Shown piece by piece: positions 9,137-19,189 of a stretch of DNA of 64,000 bases. The DNA is from an uncultured Holophagales bacterium (lineage in GTDB: Bacteria > Acidobacteriota > Thermoanaerobaculia > UBA2201), in NCBI GenBank assembly GCA_964603505.1, contig CAZRVT010000009.1, forward strand, positions 309 to 64,308. The letters are read 5' to 3'. A program made the position numbers and the translations under genes. Position 1 is the stretch's first letter. Each line of letters begins with the position of its first letter. The notes under the pieces are model-generated. The model was not told where the DNA came from. It saw only the letters and a program-made list of their open reading frames with translations, and searched no databases.

Positions 9137-9642
9137 CCCTCCTCCTCCTGCTGGCGCTGACGCTTCACGACCTCGGGCGCACCCTGGCGGCCCACTCCGC
9201 TTTCACCGCCCGTTTCCGCCAGTCCGTGGCCCTCCCCTCCGGCGAGACCCTGGAGGAAAAAGGGACCGTGGCGTTCGTCTGGGGGAAAGGGCTGCGCTTC
9301 GATTACGCGGGAGGGGTGGGCAAGGCGTTCGTCTTCACCGCGGACGGCTGGTATTCGCGGGAAGGGGCCGCGGAGTGGAATTTCCAGCCCTGGGACGGCG
9401 CTTCTCCCCAGATGCATCCCTTCACCTTTCTCCTGGACGGCCGGGTGCCCGAAGGGGTCGCCTGGACCGTGACCGGCGCCGGAAACGCCGTGGAGGTCGC
9501 TTCAGCGAATCCCGTCTTCACCCTCACCCTCGACCGCCGCACCGGCTGGCCCCTCCGCTTCCAGGTGGATCAGGAGGACGGAAGCCGGAACACGCTGGAG
9601 TTCTCCGGCCACCGGGCCGAGGTGCGGGAGCTGATGCCTTGA
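9133..9642 (+). CDS. LolA-like outer-membrane lipoprotein carrier / LolA-fold protein
   Basis: N-terminal signal peptide [23 protein letters not shown] followed by FTARFRQ. Size (169 aa) and beta-rich composition fit a LolA/LppX fold. ATGA overlap with the upstream gene. Confidence 0.5.
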   Translation: MTLLLLLALTLHDLGRTLAAHSAFTARFRQSVALPSGETLEEKGTVAFVWGKGLRFDYAGGVGKAFVFTADGWYSREGAAEWNFQPWDGASPQMHPFTFLLDGRVPEGVAWTVTGAGNAVEVASANPVFTLTLDRRTGWPLRFQVDQEDGSRNTLEFSGHRAEVRELMP

Positions 9643-10613
9643 CCCTCGACGATTACGCCCTCCGCCTCAAGACCCAGATGGAAGCCATGGAGGCCCTCCT
9701 CCTGCGGGAACTGGAGCGCAGCCCGGAGGCCGTGGCGGCCGCCTCGCGCTACATCACCGACGCCGGGGGGAAGCGCCTCCGCCCCCTCCTCCTGCTGGCG
9801 TGCTCGGACCTGCTCGGGTACCGCCGGAAGGACCGGCTGGTCTTCGCGGCGGTGGTGGAGGCCCTCCACACCGCCACCCTCATCCACGACGACGTCATCG
9901 ACGAAGCCGATCTCCGCCGCGGCCGCCGGACTCTTCACCACGACCTGGGCAACCGTCTCTCCATCCTGGTGGGCGACTATCTCTACGCCCGGGTCATCCG
10001 CCTCGCCGTGGAGAAGGGGAACCTCGGGATCATCCAGCTCCTCTCCGACGCCACCCTGAAGATGACCGAGGGGGAGATCTGGGGCCTCACCCGGGCGGGC
10101 GATCCCCGGCTCACCATCGAGGAGTACTTCGCCCACATCGAGAACAAGACCGGCTACCTCTTCGCCGCGGCCGCCTCCATCCCCGCCCTGCTGGCCGGGC
10201 GGGAGCGTCTCGTCCGCCGGCTCCACGGGTTCGGCCTCCGGTTCGGGGTCTTCTTCCAGATCCTCGACGACCTGCAGGATTTTGCCGCCCGCGAGGAGGA
10301 GGCCGGCAAGCCGGTCATGCACGACCTCGAGGAGGGCAAGCTGGGGATCCCCATCCTGCTCCTGCTCCGGCGCCTCCGTGGGCGGGAGCGTCGGGAGGTC
10401 CTCGCCTGGCTGGAGGACGCCCCCCGCCGTCGTTACGACCTTCTGGACCGGCTGAAGGCGCACGGCACGCTCGTCGAGACCCGCGAGCTGGCCCGTGCCC
10501 ATGCCGCCGAAGCGTGTCGCGCCTTGTCGATTTTTCCGGCTTCCCCCGCTCTGGAGCTCCTTACCGCCCTTCCGGAGCGGCTCCTCTCCCTCCCCGCCTT
10601 TTCTCGTCTGTAG
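9639..10613 (+). CDS. Polyprenyl diphosphate synthase (IspB-type, trans-prenyltransferase)
   Basis: GGKRLRP, LIHDDVIDEADLRRG (first DDxxD) and FQILDDLQD (second DDxxD). Start uncertain: TTG at 9639 overlapping the LolA-like stop, or ATG at 9678. Confidence 0.85.
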   Translation: MTLDDYALRLKTQMEAMEALLLRELERSPEAVAAASRYITDAGGKRLRPLLLLACSDLLGYRRKDRLVFAAVVEALHTATLIHDDVIDEADLRRGRRTLHHDLGNRLSILVGDYLYARVIRLAVEKGNLGIIQLLSDATLKMTEGEIWGLTRAGDPRLTIEEYFAHIENKTGYLFAAAASIPALLAGRERLVRRLHGFGLRFGVFFQILDDLQDFAAREEEAGKPVMHDLEEGKLGIPILLLLRRLRGRERREVLAWLEDAPRRRYDLLDRLKAHGTLVETRELARAHAAEACRALSIFPASPALELLTALPERLLSLPAFSRL

Positions 10614-10685
10614 CCCTGCCCCATGGCCGGATCGGCGCAACGGCGCCGCGGCGCGTCTGCGCAGGCGTGGGGATGGGGGGGGCGG

Positions 10686-11603
10686 CTACCAGCGGCGCAG
10701 CCGCCACATTGCCAGGAAGGCGGCCACCGACACCCCCGCCAGCCCGATGATCCACCAGAAGGAGGAGGGGGCGTCGTGCGGCAGGGGGATGCGGACGTTC
10801 ATGGAGAAGATGGAAACCACGAGCGTGGGCACCATAATGCCGATGGTGATGATGTTGAGGGTCTTCATCAGCACGTTGAGGTTGTTGCTGACGATGGAGG
10901 CGCGGGCGTCCATGAGCGAGGCCAGGATGTTGGAATAGATCTCCGCCTGACGGTAGCACTGATTGTGCTCGATGGCGAGGTCGTCGAGGAGCTCCAGTTG
11001 CTCGGTGGTGAACCCCAGTTTGGACTGGTTGTGGCGCAGCCGCTCGATAAGGACGCCGTTGGAGGCGATGGAGTTGAGGTAGTAGACGAGGCTCTTCTCC
11101 AGGGTGAAGAGATTGATCAGGTACTTGTTCTCCATCGAAAGGTTGATCTTCTGCTCCAGTTCCTCGGAGAGCATGTTGATGATCTTGAGGTGCTCCAGGA
11201 AGTGGAAGATGGAGCGGTGGAGGAGCTTGAGCATCAGGTCGGGCAGGGTGGGGACCTTGAGGAAGATCTTCCCCTCGAAGAGCGGCGCGTCGGCCCCCGT
11301 CACCACGATGAGCCGGTCGCTGAAGAGAAAGGCGCCGATGGTGGAGGCCTTGAAAAGGAGCTGGTCGGACCCGGAGTAGTTCTTGGGGGTCTTGAAGATC
11401 ATGGCGGCGTGGCTGGGTTCGAACTCCAGGCGGGCCAGCTCCTCGGGGTCGAGGGCCGACTGGAGGGTGTGCTCGTCCACCGAATAAGCGTCGATCAGCG
11501 TGCGGCGCTCCGCCTCGTCGGGGCTGACGTAGATCAGGATGGGGGCGTCGTCGGCCTCGGAGGGGACGACACGGTCGTTGACCAGGGCGAACCGCTTGAG
11601 CAT
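10686..11603 (-). CDS. corA: CorA-family magnesium/cobalt transporter
   Basis: Cytoplasmic domain followed by two C-terminal TM helices. The loop motif SMNV (a GMN variant), YxxNxxxxxxS and the overall CorA architecture. Confidence 0.75.
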   Translation of the reverse strand: MLKRFALVNDRVVPSEADDAPILIYVSPDEAERRTLIDAYSVDEHTLQSALDPEELARLEFEPSHAAMIFKTPKNYSGSDQLLFKASTIGAFLFSDRLIVVTGADAPLFEGKIFLKVPTLPDLMLKLLHRSIFHFLEHLKIINMLSEELEQKINLSMENKYLINLFTLEKSLVYYLNSIASNGVLIERLRHNQSKLGFTTEQLELLDDLAIEHNQCYRQAEIYSNILASLMDARASIVSNNLNVLMKTLNIITIGIMVPTLVVSIFSMNVRIPLPHDAPSSFWWIIGLAGVSVAAFLAMWRLRRW

Positions 11604-11777
11604 CCCGTCGGACCTCCTTTCCGGCCGCGCGCACGGCCCGGGTTCCGTTAGGGCGCGCCATTATAGCACGGCTTCATCGGCGGGCACCGGTCCTCGGGCC
11701 GGTCCCGACGAATGAATGCTAACCGCCTGATAATTGCCGGCTTGCGAGGAGTATTCTGCGCGGCCTCTCCGGGTCGT

Positions 11778-12155
11778 TCAGGGGTTCCCGTGCAGGTCGG
11801 CCCAGGTCTTCCGGCCGAAACCGAAGAGGGGAAGGCAGAGGGGAAGGAGGAGGAGCGTCCAGGGGCTCAACGGCTCCTCTCCGGGGAGCACATCGCGCAC
11901 GACGAAAAATATCGCCGCGCAGGCGGCGCACAGGAAGAGAACAAATCCGAGATACGGCTTCCACAGCGGCGTGTGCCGGTATTTCCAAGGGGCGAACACG
12001 GCCAGATACGCGGCCCCTGCCGCGAAGAGCCCAAAGCACAGGAGGGCCTTGCCCGCGTGGCCGCGAACGGCCAACACCGCCCCCAGGATGAGGATCCACA
12101 GCAAGGAGCCGAGGCCCCCATACGTCCAACCGGCTCGCGGTCCGCGTTCGCTCAT
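11778..12155 (-). CDS. Hypothetical membrane protein (3-4 TM helices)
   Basis: The hydrophobic segments LLWILILGAVLAV, LLCFGLFAAGAAYLAVFAPW and VLFLCAACAAIFFVV read as genuine TM helices. The overlapping plus-strand ORFs are R/P-rich junk. Confidence 0.45.
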   Translation of the reverse strand: MSERGPRAGWTYGGLGSLLWILILGAVLAVRGHAGKALLCFGLFAAGAAYLAVFAPWKYRHTPLWKPYLGFVLFLCAACAAIFFVVRDVLPGEEPLSPWTLLLLPLCLPLFGFGRKTWADLHGNP

Positions 12156-12248
12156 GGCTGGCCTCCTCGATTGGGTCTCACGCCCATTATGGCATCCCCG
12201 GCCCCGCCTCGCAAGGCCTCCATGCTACAATGACCCCACGTCATACCC

Positions 12249-13022
12249 TTGGAGGCCTCCATGAGCCAACCCCCCATCCCTCCGCCCATCCCCGCCGGCC
12301 CGACGCCCAGGAAAAAGGGCCTGCCCGTCCTGGCCTGGGTGGCCATCGGCTGCGGCGCGCTCCTGCTGATCGCCGGCTTGGCCGTGGTGGCCGGGGGCTT
12401 TTTCGTGGCCCGCACCGTGGGCAAGGCGGCCCACAACCCCGAGATGGCCGCGGCCAAGTTGGTGGTGGCGGCCAACCCCGACCTGGAGATCGTCTCCACC
12501 GACGAGGGGGCCGGCACCCTCACGATTCGCAACAAGAAAACGGGGGAGGTGGTCACCATGGACCTTTCCCAGATCAAAAAGGGCAAACTCGATTTCACCG
12601 GCCCCAAGGGCGAGAAGCTCTCCATCGATGCCGAGGGGAAGGAGGGCCAGGGCACCCTGAACTTCCACTCCGACCAGGGAGACGTCACCTTCGGCGCCGG
12701 GACCGGGGACAAGCCGCCGGCCTGGATCCCCGAATACCCCGGATCCGCCCCCGAGGGCACCACCTCCATGACCGACAAAATGCGGACGGCCGGGGGGTTC
12801 ACGTTCAAGGTTCCCGACGCGCCCCAGGCCGTGCTCGACCGCTACGAGGCGGCGTTCAAGGCGGCGGGGTTCGAGACGGGGAAACAGACCTTCTCGGGCG
12901 GCGGCTCTACCGGCGGGGTGGTGAGCGCCAAAAGCGGCGGACGGTCCGCCGCCGTCTCGGTGGCCTCCGGCGACGACGGGACCACGGTGATGGTCAACTT
13001 CGAGGAGAAAAAGGCGGAGTAG
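12249..13022 (+). CDS. Hypothetical membrane-anchored protein, Lys/Gly-rich ectodomain
   Basis: A Pro-rich N-terminus and one TM helix (LAWVAIGCGALLLIAGLAVVAGGFFVA) followed by a soluble, protein-like domain. The antisense ORF 12152..12808 is junk. Confidence 0.55.
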   Translation: MEASMSQPPIPPPIPAGPTPRKKGLPVLAWVAIGCGALLLIAGLAVVAGGFFVARTVGKAAHNPEMAAAKLVVAANPDLEIVSTDEGAGTLTIRNKKTGEVVTMDLSQIKKGKLDFTGPKGEKLSIDAEGKEGQGTLNFHSDQGDVTFGAGTGDKPPAWIPEYPGSAPEGTTSMTDKMRTAGGFTFKVPDAPQAVLDRYEAAFKAAGFETGKQTFSGGGSTGGVVSAKSGGRSAAVSVASGDDGTTVMVNFEEKKAE

Positions 13023-13055
13023 GCCGGCGCCGCGGGGCCGGGCCCCAAGGGGCGG

Positions 13056-14084
13056 TCAGCGGCCGCGAAACCGGTAGTGGGCCACCATCCACTCCCGCCC
13101 GCCCCGGTAGCCGAACAACTCGGCGCAGGCCATGAAGAAGACCCGCCAGAGGCGGAGGCGCTTGAGCCCCTCGCCGGGGCCGTAGACCTCCTGCAGGGCC
13201 TTCAGAGCCGCGGCCCGGTGGCGGTCCAGGCGGGACAGCCACGCCTCGCAGGTGCGCTGATAGTGGGTCCCGTCCACGAGCCATCGCTCCTCGATCAACA
13301 AGTCCTTTAGGAAGTGGAGGAGGAGGTCGGCCGAGGGCATCGTCCCCCCGGTGAAGAAATACCGCGCCATCCAGTCGGAGGCGTCGCGCACCTCGAAGGG
13401 GTAGGCGGCGGTGCGGTGGCAGAAGATATGGACGAAGCAGCGTCCCCCGGGCCGCATCCACGAGGCGATGCGCTCCATGAGGCGGCCGTAGTTGCGGACA
13501 TGCTCAAACATCTCCACCGAGACCACGCGGTCGAAGGTCCCCGCCGGGGCGAAAGCGTTGATGTCGGCGGTGGCCACGGCGACGTTGGACAGCCCCCGCT
13601 CCCGGGCCCGCGCCTCGATGAAGGCCTTCTGCGACGCGGAGTTCGAGACGGCGGTGATCCGGCTCTTCGGGAACCGCTCGGCCACAAACAGCGTCAGCGA
13701 GCCCCAGCCGCACCCCAGCTCCAGCACCTCCTGCCCGTCCTGGAGCAGGGCCCGGCGGGCCGTGAGGTCCAGCATCGCCTCCTCGGAGGCGTCGAGGGTC
13801 GCGGTCCCCTCGGGCCAGAGGCCGCACGAATATTTCATGCGCCGGCCCATCACCTGCTCGAAGAAGGCGGCGGGGACCTCGTAGTGCTGGGCGTTGGCGT
13901 CCTCGACGCTCAGCGCAATGGGGGACTCGCGGAGGGTCCGGAGGAACGCCTGGAGCCGCTCCTCCTGCCGGGCGGGGTCGGCCGCGGCCTCCTCCCGGAG
14001 GCGGGCGGTGAGGAGTCGGCGGATGCCGAGGCGGATCAGGGGATCGGGCAGGAGGCCCTTTTCGATCAGGGGGCGGAAGTCCAT
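13056..14084 (-). CDS. Cyclopropane-fatty-acyl-phospholipid synthase family SAM-dependent methyltransferase (copy 2)
   Basis: VLELGCGWGSL (SAM motif I) and the CFA-synthase-type ends YSCGLWPEGT, FEHV, YFFTGG. It is the last gene of the fatty-acid-modification operon. Confidence 0.85.
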   Translation of the reverse strand: MDFRPLIEKGLLPDPLIRLGIRRLLTARLREEAAADPARQEERLQAFLRTLRESPIALSVEDANAQHYEVPAAFFEQVMGRRMKYSCGLWPEGTATLDASEEAMLDLTARRALLQDGQEVLELGCGWGSLTLFVAERFPKSRITAVSNSASQKAFIEARARERGLSNVAVATADINAFAPAGTFDRVVSVEMFEHVRNYGRLMERIASWMRPGGRCFVHIFCHRTAAYPFEVRDASDWMARYFFTGGTMPSADLLLHFLKDLLIEERWLVDGTHYQRTCEAWLSRLDRHRAAALKALQEVYGPGEGLKRLRLWRVFFMACAELFGYRGGREWMVAHYRFRGR

Positions 14085-14087
14085 GAC

Positions 14088-14882
14088 CTATCCTTTTTCG
14101 CGGCGCCTGGGGAACCAGGGAACGAAGGCGGAGGTGGTGCGGATGTAGTCGGCATAGTCCTCGCCCCGGGTGCGGAGGGCCTGGGCCTCGGTGGCGGGGA
14201 TGCCGGTGACGCGGAAGAGGAAATAGAGCAGCAGCGCCGGGACCAGCCAAGCCGAGACCCCAAAGGGAGAAGGGGTGGCCATCAGGGCGAATCCGCACCA
14301 CAGAAGGGCCTCGAAGAAGTAGTTAGGGTGGCGGGAGTACCGCCACAGGCCGGCCCGGCAGGTTTTGCCCCGGTTGGCGGGGGCCTGCTTGAACCGGTGG
14401 AGCTGGAGGTCGGCCGCCGCCTCTCCGATCCAACCCAGGAACCACACCGCCGCCCCCGCCCCCTCCAGTGGATGGAAGGCTGCGGCGGGATTGCGGCTCA
14501 TCAGGAGGAAGGGGAGGGCGAAGAAGAGGTCGAGGAGCCCCTGGAACTGGAAAAAGAAGAACAGCTTGATCTCCGCCCTTGTCCCCCACTCCTTCCTCAG
14601 CTGGACATAGCGTCCCTCCTCCGGATGGCCGAGGACGCGGGTGAAGAGGAGATAGAGCCCCAGCCGCAGCCCCCAGAGGGCAGCGGCGACGGCGGCCAGC
14701 CGGCGGCGCGGCCCCCAGCCCGGGAGGACGAGGGCGAAGAGGGTGGCGAGGATGGGGATGCCGAGGGTCCATCCGAAATCGACGATGCCGGCGTTGCTCA
14801 TCCGGCGGCCGACGGCATAGAGAGTCCCCATCCAGGCGGCCATGAGGAGCAGGCCGAGCGCGGCGGCGGTCCAGGCGCTCAT
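14088..14882 (-). CDS. DUF1295 / steroid 5-alpha-reductase-like membrane protein
   Basis: Starts MSAWTAAALGLLL. A multi-TM protein whose C-terminal region (RAGLWRYSRHPNYFFEALLWCGFAL) is typical of DUF1295/ICMT-like methyltransferase-fold membrane proteins. The N-terminal extension in the track ORF is spurious. ATGA overlap with the desaturase stop. Confidence 0.7.
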   Translation of the reverse strand: MSAWTAAALGLLLMAAWMGTLYAVGRRMSNAGIVDFGWTLGIPILATLFALVLPGWGPRRRLAAVAAALWGLRLGLYLLFTRVLGHPEEGRYVQLRKEWGTRAEIKLFFFFQFQGLLDLFFALPFLLMSRNPAAAFHPLEGAGAAVWFLGWIGEAAADLQLHRFKQAPANRGKTCRAGLWRYSRHPNYFFEALLWCGFALMATPSPFGVSAWLVPALLLYFLFRVTGIPATEAQALRTRGEDYADYIRTTSAFVPWFPRRREKG

Positions 14883-15751
14883 CGTCCCCCTCCCGTTCCC
14901 GCGGCCAGGACCGCCGGGGCGGGGCCGTGGAGCCCGCGCACCAACCCCATCCAGGAGGCGGCCCGGAGGAGATAATGGGTGGGGTCGAACTCCCACCAGA
15001 AGAACCCCTGCCGCTCGGAGATGGGGTAGTGGTGGTGGTTGTTGTGCCACCCCTCGCCCAGGGTCAGAAGCGCAATGAACGGATTGTTCCGGCTGGTGTC
15101 CTTCGTGGCGTAGCGGCGGCTGCCCCACACATGGGCCAGCGAGTTGACGGAGAAGGTGGCGTGGTAGAGCAGGACGGTGGAGAGGAAAAACCCCCACGCC
15201 AGCAGCTGCAGTCCGCCGGTCCCCAGGGCCGGGGCGCGGGCGGCCAGGACCTGCCCCGCGGCGAAGAGGGCGGCGGCCAGGCCGACGGGGACGAGGGCGT
15301 GGAAGCGGGTCAGGAAGACCAGCTCGGGGAAGGGCGTCCAGTCCTTCACCCGCGACGGGTCCCAGCTCTCGTTGGCCTTGCACAGGATCCATCCCATGTG
15401 CGCCCACCAAAACCCCTTGACCGAGGGGGAGTGGGGGTCGTTCTCGGTGTCGGTGGCCGCGTGGTGGCCCCGGTGGTGGGCGGCCCACCAGAGGGGGCCC
15501 ATCTGCCCCGCGGAGGTGCCGAGGAGGGCCAGGAGGAACTGGACCGCGCGGCCCGTCCGGTAGGAGCGGTGGGAAAAGTAACGGTGGAAGCCGGCCGTGA
15601 TGCCGAACATCCGGACGAGGTAGAGGCCGGCCGCGGCGCCCGCCGCGGTCCAGGAGAACTCCGCGAAGGGCAGGAGGAGGAGCCCCGCGTGGACCGAGAT
15701 GAACGGAAGGCTGCCGACGAGGTCCAGCCGCTCGTCCGGCCGGCGCGTCAC
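14879..15751 (-). CDS. Membrane fatty-acid desaturase, delta-9 (stearoyl-CoA/acyl-lipid desaturase) family
   Basis: Three histidine boxes: HRYFSH (HxxxxH), HHRGHH (HxxHH), HNNHHHYP (HxxHH). GTG start overlapping the upstream Cfa stop (GTGA). The rest of the 494-aa track ORF is a spurious in-frame extension. Confidence 0.8.
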   Translation of the reverse strand: MTRRPDERLDLVGSLPFISVHAGLLLLPFAEFSWTAAGAAAGLYLVRMFGITAGFHRYFSHRSYRTGRAVQFLLALLGTSAGQMGPLWWAAHHRGHHAATDTENDPHSPSVKGFWWAHMGWILCKANESWDPSRVKDWTPFPELVFLTRFHALVPVGLAAALFAAGQVLAARAPALGTGGLQLLAWGFFLSTVLLYHATFSVNSLAHVWGSRRYATKDTSRNNPFIALLTLGEGWHNNHHHYPISERQGFFWWEFDPTHYLLRAASWMGLVRGLHGPAPAVLAAGTGGGR

Positions 15752-17007
15752 GCGGCCCCTCCCCCGAGGGAGTGGTTGCCGGGGCGGGTCAGGACCAGCT
15801 GGAGGTCGTTGAGGTGTCGGGCCCGGAAGCCGGCTTCGCAATAAGCGAAATAGTATTCCCAGGCGCGCAGGAACCGCTCGTCCCGCCCCTGGGCGAGGGC
15901 CTCCTCCCGGTGGGCCAGGAGGGCCTCCCGCCAGGCCCGGAGGGTGGGGGGGTAGTGGGGGCCGATGTTCTCCAAATGCTCCACCGTCAGCGCGGAGTGG
16001 CGCGTCATGGCCGCCGACAGCGCCGTGAGGGAGGGGAGGAGAGCGCCGGGGAAGATCGCCCTCTGGATCCAATCGCCGGTCCGGCGATAGGCCTCGTACC
16101 GCTGGTCCGGGATGGTGATCACCTGCACCACCGCCAGTCCGTCGGGCTTCAGGAGGCGGTCGAGGGCCCGGAAGAAGGCGGGGAAATTCTCGTGCCCGAC
16201 CGCCTCCAGCATCTCGATGGAGACGATCCGGTCGAAGGCGCCCTCCAGCCGCCGGAAGTCGCGCAGGAGCACCTCCACCCGCCCTTCCAATCCGGCCTCT
16301 CGCACCCGCTCCCGGGCGAGGCGGTGTTGTTCCTCGGAGATGGTCACGGTCGTCACCCGGCAACCCGCGGAGGCCGCGGCCTCCAGGGCGAACGAGCCCC
16401 AGCCGGAGCCGATCTCGAGGAGGTGGTGTTCCGGCGCCAGTCGGGCCTTCTCCAGGACCGCCCGCAGTTTCCGGCGCTGGGCCTGTTCCAGCGTGTCCCC
16501 CTCACGCCAAAGGGCGCAGGAGTAGGTCATGGTGGGGTCGAGGAAGAGACGGAAGAAATCGTTGCCCAGGTCGTAGTGGCGGCGGATGTTGCGGCGGCTG
16601 CCCGGCACGGTGTTCCGGTTCAACCGGTGGCGGATCCGGTGGAGGAGGCGGCCGAGCGCCGCGGAGCCGATCCGGCGGTCGTCCACCGCGGCCGCGTTCC
16701 GGATCAGGAACTCGATCAGCCCGGGCAGGTCGGGGGTCTCCCAGTCGCCGTCCACGAAGGCGTCGCCGAAGCCGAGGTCCGCCTCCAGAAGGACGCGGCG
16801 GAAGAACCGTTCCCGGCGGACCCACAGGGCCGCCACCGGGCCCCCGGACGGGCCGAAGGCGAGCGAGGCGCCGTCGGGAAGAGACATCATCAGGCGCCCT
16901 TCCCGGATCCGCGCCAGCATCCCCAGCACGGGCCGGCGGGCGAGCCGGTCGAGCGGTCTGGGGCGGGCGGGGGGGGCGTCGAGGATCCATTCATCGGGTT
17001 CGGTCAT
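15748..17007 (-). CDS. Cyclopropane-fatty-acyl-phospholipid synthase family SAM-dependent methyltransferase (copy 1)
   Basis: LLEIGSGWGSFAL (motif I) and the Cfa-type MTYSCALW, IEMLEAVGHENF, YFAYCEAGF. Confidence 0.9.
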   Translation of the reverse strand: MTEPDEWILDAPPARPRPLDRLARRPVLGMLARIREGRLMMSLPDGASLAFGPSGGPVAALWVRRERFFRRVLLEADLGFGDAFVDGDWETPDLPGLIEFLIRNAAAVDDRRIGSAALGRLLHRIRHRLNRNTVPGSRRNIRRHYDLGNDFFRLFLDPTMTYSCALWREGDTLEQAQRRKLRAVLEKARLAPEHHLLEIGSGWGSFALEAAASAGCRVTTVTISEEQHRLARERVREAGLEGRVEVLLRDFRRLEGAFDRIVSIEMLEAVGHENFPAFFRALDRLLKPDGLAVVQVITIPDQRYEAYRRTGDWIQRAIFPGALLPSLTALSAAMTRHSALTVEHLENIGPHYPPTLRAWREALLAHREEALAQGRDERFLRAWEYYFAYCEAGFRARHLNDLQLVLTRPGNHSLGGGAA

Positions 17008-17857
17008 GGGGTTTACTCCGGTCGAACAGCGCCCCCGCGCGGGCCAAAAGCGGCGAGGTGGCGAGGCGCTGGAGCAGGGGCTCGCGTCCCTTGATGAACG
17101 TGTCGGGGGAGGCGGGCTCGGGCTTGGGATGAAAAGGGAGCTTCCGGCGGTAGTAAAGCTTGGACGCCTGCCACAGGATGCGCGGCATGGTCAAGGCGGC
17201 GGTCAGGGGATGGCGGAGGGCGGCGGACAGGAGGGTTCCGCCCCCCAGGGGCCGAAGGGGCCCCCACAGGCGGGCACGGAACGCCTCCTCGCCGTCGCGG
17301 AACAGCCGGGCGGTGACGTCGAGCCCCTCGCGGGGGTCGCCGAAGGTGAACGCGTAGGTGCCGGAGCGGTCGAAGAAGGGGGAGACGTGGAAGGCCTTGG
17401 CGAACTCGTACCGGACGGGCCAGGCGCCGTCGCCCGCGGGGGTATGGAGGACATAGAGGTGGGCCTCGCCGAAGGTGTTGGCCACCTCCGCCACCGTGGC
17501 GCGCAGGGTGCCGTCCCCCCGCAGGGCGAGGAAGAACGAGACGGGGTTGAAGACATACCCGAACCACCGCGCCGAGGTGATGAGGAGGGTGCGCTCCACG
17601 CCGTCGGCGCATCCGCGCTCCTTCAGCAGGGCCAGCAGGCGCTCTTTCATCGGGCCGGCGCCGCCGCGGAGGTAGTCCCGATCCCAAAGGGAGACGGGCC
17701 GGAACCGGTTGTAGCCGAATCCCCCCAGGGTTTGGTCCAAAACAGGCAGATCGTCCAGATCGAAGAGATAGGCCAGGACGGGATACTGGAAAGCGTGCCC
17801 GACCGGTCCCAGGCGAGCGTGCATCACCCGGCCCCGCACGAGGAAGGAGTTCACCAT
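16991..17857 (-). CDS. DUF1365 family protein
   Basis: Starts MVNSFLVRGRVMHARLGPVGHAFQYPVLAYLFDLDDL, characteristic of DUF1365 (commonly encoded between an amine-oxidase-like gene and cfa). The rest of the 625-aa track ORF is spurious. Confidence 0.7.
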   Translation of the reverse strand: MVNSFLVRGRVMHARLGPVGHAFQYPVLAYLFDLDDLPVLDQTLGGFGYNRFRPVSLWDRDYLRGGAGPMKERLLALLKERGCADGVERTLLITSARWFGYVFNPVSFFLALRGDGTLRATVAEVANTFGEAHLYVLHTPAGDGAWPVRYEFAKAFHVSPFFDRSGTYAFTFGDPREGLDVTARLFRDGEEAFRARLWGPLRPLGGGTLLSAALRHPLTAALTMPRILWQASKLYYRRKLPFHPKPEPASPDTFIKGREPLLQRLATSPLLARAGALFDRSKPHDRTR

Positions 17858-19146
17858 GCCGCTCCGAGACTCCGCGCGGCCTCGACCCCCGAACGGACGG
17901 CGTCCTCGTGGAAGCCGTTGTGGAAGTAGGCCCCGCAGAACCAGGTGCGCCGGGTCCCGTTGAGGCCGGGGAGGAGGGCCTGCGTGGCCACCGCCTCGCG
18001 CGTGTAGAGGGGATGGGCGAACTCCACCGATTCGATGACCCGATCCGGGGCGACGGCGGCGCGCCGATTGAGGGTGACGAGATACTCCTCCCGCGTCCGA
18101 AGCCCCTGCAGACGGTTCATGTGATAGGTCAACGAAACCGGGTCGCCGGGCGCGGCGCCGCGCTCCCGGGCGTAGTTCCACGAGGCCCACGCGCTCCGCG
18201 CCCGCGGAAGGACCGAGGCGTCGGTGTGGAGGATGGTGAGGTTGCGCGAATAGCGCCAGGCCCCCAGGAGGCGGCGCTCCTCCTCGGAAGGGTCGGCCAG
18301 GAGGGCCAGGGCCTCGTCGGCGTGGGTCGCCACGACGGCATGGTCGAACCGCTCCTCCGTCCCCCCGAAGCGGACGCGCACCCCCCCCTCCTCCCGGAGG
18401 AGGGCCTCCACGCGACAGGCCGTCCGCACCGTCCCGGCGAACCGCCGCAGGAACGCGTCCACATACGACCGGCTCCCCCCTGCGACGGTCTGCCAGCGGG
18501 GGCGGTCCCTCAGGGAGAGGAGCCCGTGGTTGCGGAAAAACCGCATGAAAGCGGCGGCGGGAAACTCCAGGATCCGGCCCGGGGCCGCCGACCAGATGGC
18601 CGCCCCCATCGGAAGGAGGTAACGCTCGCGGAACGGGGCCGAGTAGCCCCCCTCCTGGAGATACGCCCCCATCGTCACCGTCTCCAGGTCCCTCCGCCCC
18701 CGCAGGTCCTCCAGCGCCGAGCGGCTGAACCGCCGGATCTCCCACAGCATGCTCCAGAAGGCCGGGGAGAAGAGGTTCCGCCGCCGGGAAAAGAGGCCGT
18801 TGAGGGTCGTTCCGGCGTAGTGGAACCCGCTGGTCTCGTCGTGGTAGGCGAAGGACATGTCGCTCCACCGCCAGGCGACCCCGAGGTCGGCCAGCAACCG
18901 GTGGAGGGTGGGGTAGGTGCGGTCGTTGAGGACGATAAAGCCCATGTCCACCCGGGTCCCGGCGTCCGGCCCGGAAGGGACTTCGACCGTGTGGACATGT
19001 CCCCCCAGCCGGGGGCCCTTCTCGAAGAGGGTGACCCGGTGGCGCCCCTGGAGGAGGTGGGCGGCGGCGATCCCCGCCGCCCCCCCGCCGATGACGGCGA
19101 CGGTGCCGGGTGGCGGGGGGGGCATGGGCGTGGAGGGGGCGGGCAT
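17851..19146 (-). CDS. FAD/NAD(P)-binding amine-oxidase-family oxidoreductase (COG2907 type, UfaD-like)
   Basis: Dinucleotide-binding motif VAVIGGGAAGIAAAHLL and a flavin amine oxidase-like C-terminus (FCGAYFHNGFHEDAVRSG). Start set at MPAPSTP (19146) rather than track start 19230. Confidence 0.8.
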   Translation of the reverse strand: MPAPSTPMPPPPPGTVAVIGGGAAGIAAAHLLQGRHRVTLFEKGPRLGGHVHTVEVPSGPDAGTRVDMGFIVLNDRTYPTLHRLLADLGVAWRWSDMSFAYHDETSGFHYAGTTLNGLFSRRRNLFSPAFWSMLWEIRRFSRSALEDLRGRRDLETVTMGAYLQEGGYSAPFRERYLLPMGAAIWSAAPGRILEFPAAAFMRFFRNHGLLSLRDRPRWQTVAGGSRSYVDAFLRRFAGTVRTACRVEALLREEGGVRVRFGGTEERFDHAVVATHADEALALLADPSEEERRLLGAWRYSRNLTILHTDASVLPRARSAWASWNYARERGAAPGDPVSLTYHMNRLQGLRTREEYLVTLNRRAAVAPDRVIESVEFAHPLYTREAVATQALLPGLNGTRRTWFCGAYFHNGFHEDAVRSGVEAARSLGAAW

Positions 19147-19189
19147 GTTTGCGCTATAACAACGACGGAAGGGCTCCCCTTCCCATCGC

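Noticed and set aside
13023-13055. GC hairpin (GGCCCCAAGGGGC) between convergent genes as a bidirectional terminator
   Set aside because: The stem is short and there is no flanking T/A run on either strand.
14088-16363. Long N-terminal extensions of track ORFs 14088..15488 and 14879..16363
   Set aside because: The extensions are in-frame read-through into the upstream genes (G/P/R-rich). Real starts were placed at the ATGA/GTGA overlap points where recognisable protein sequence begins.
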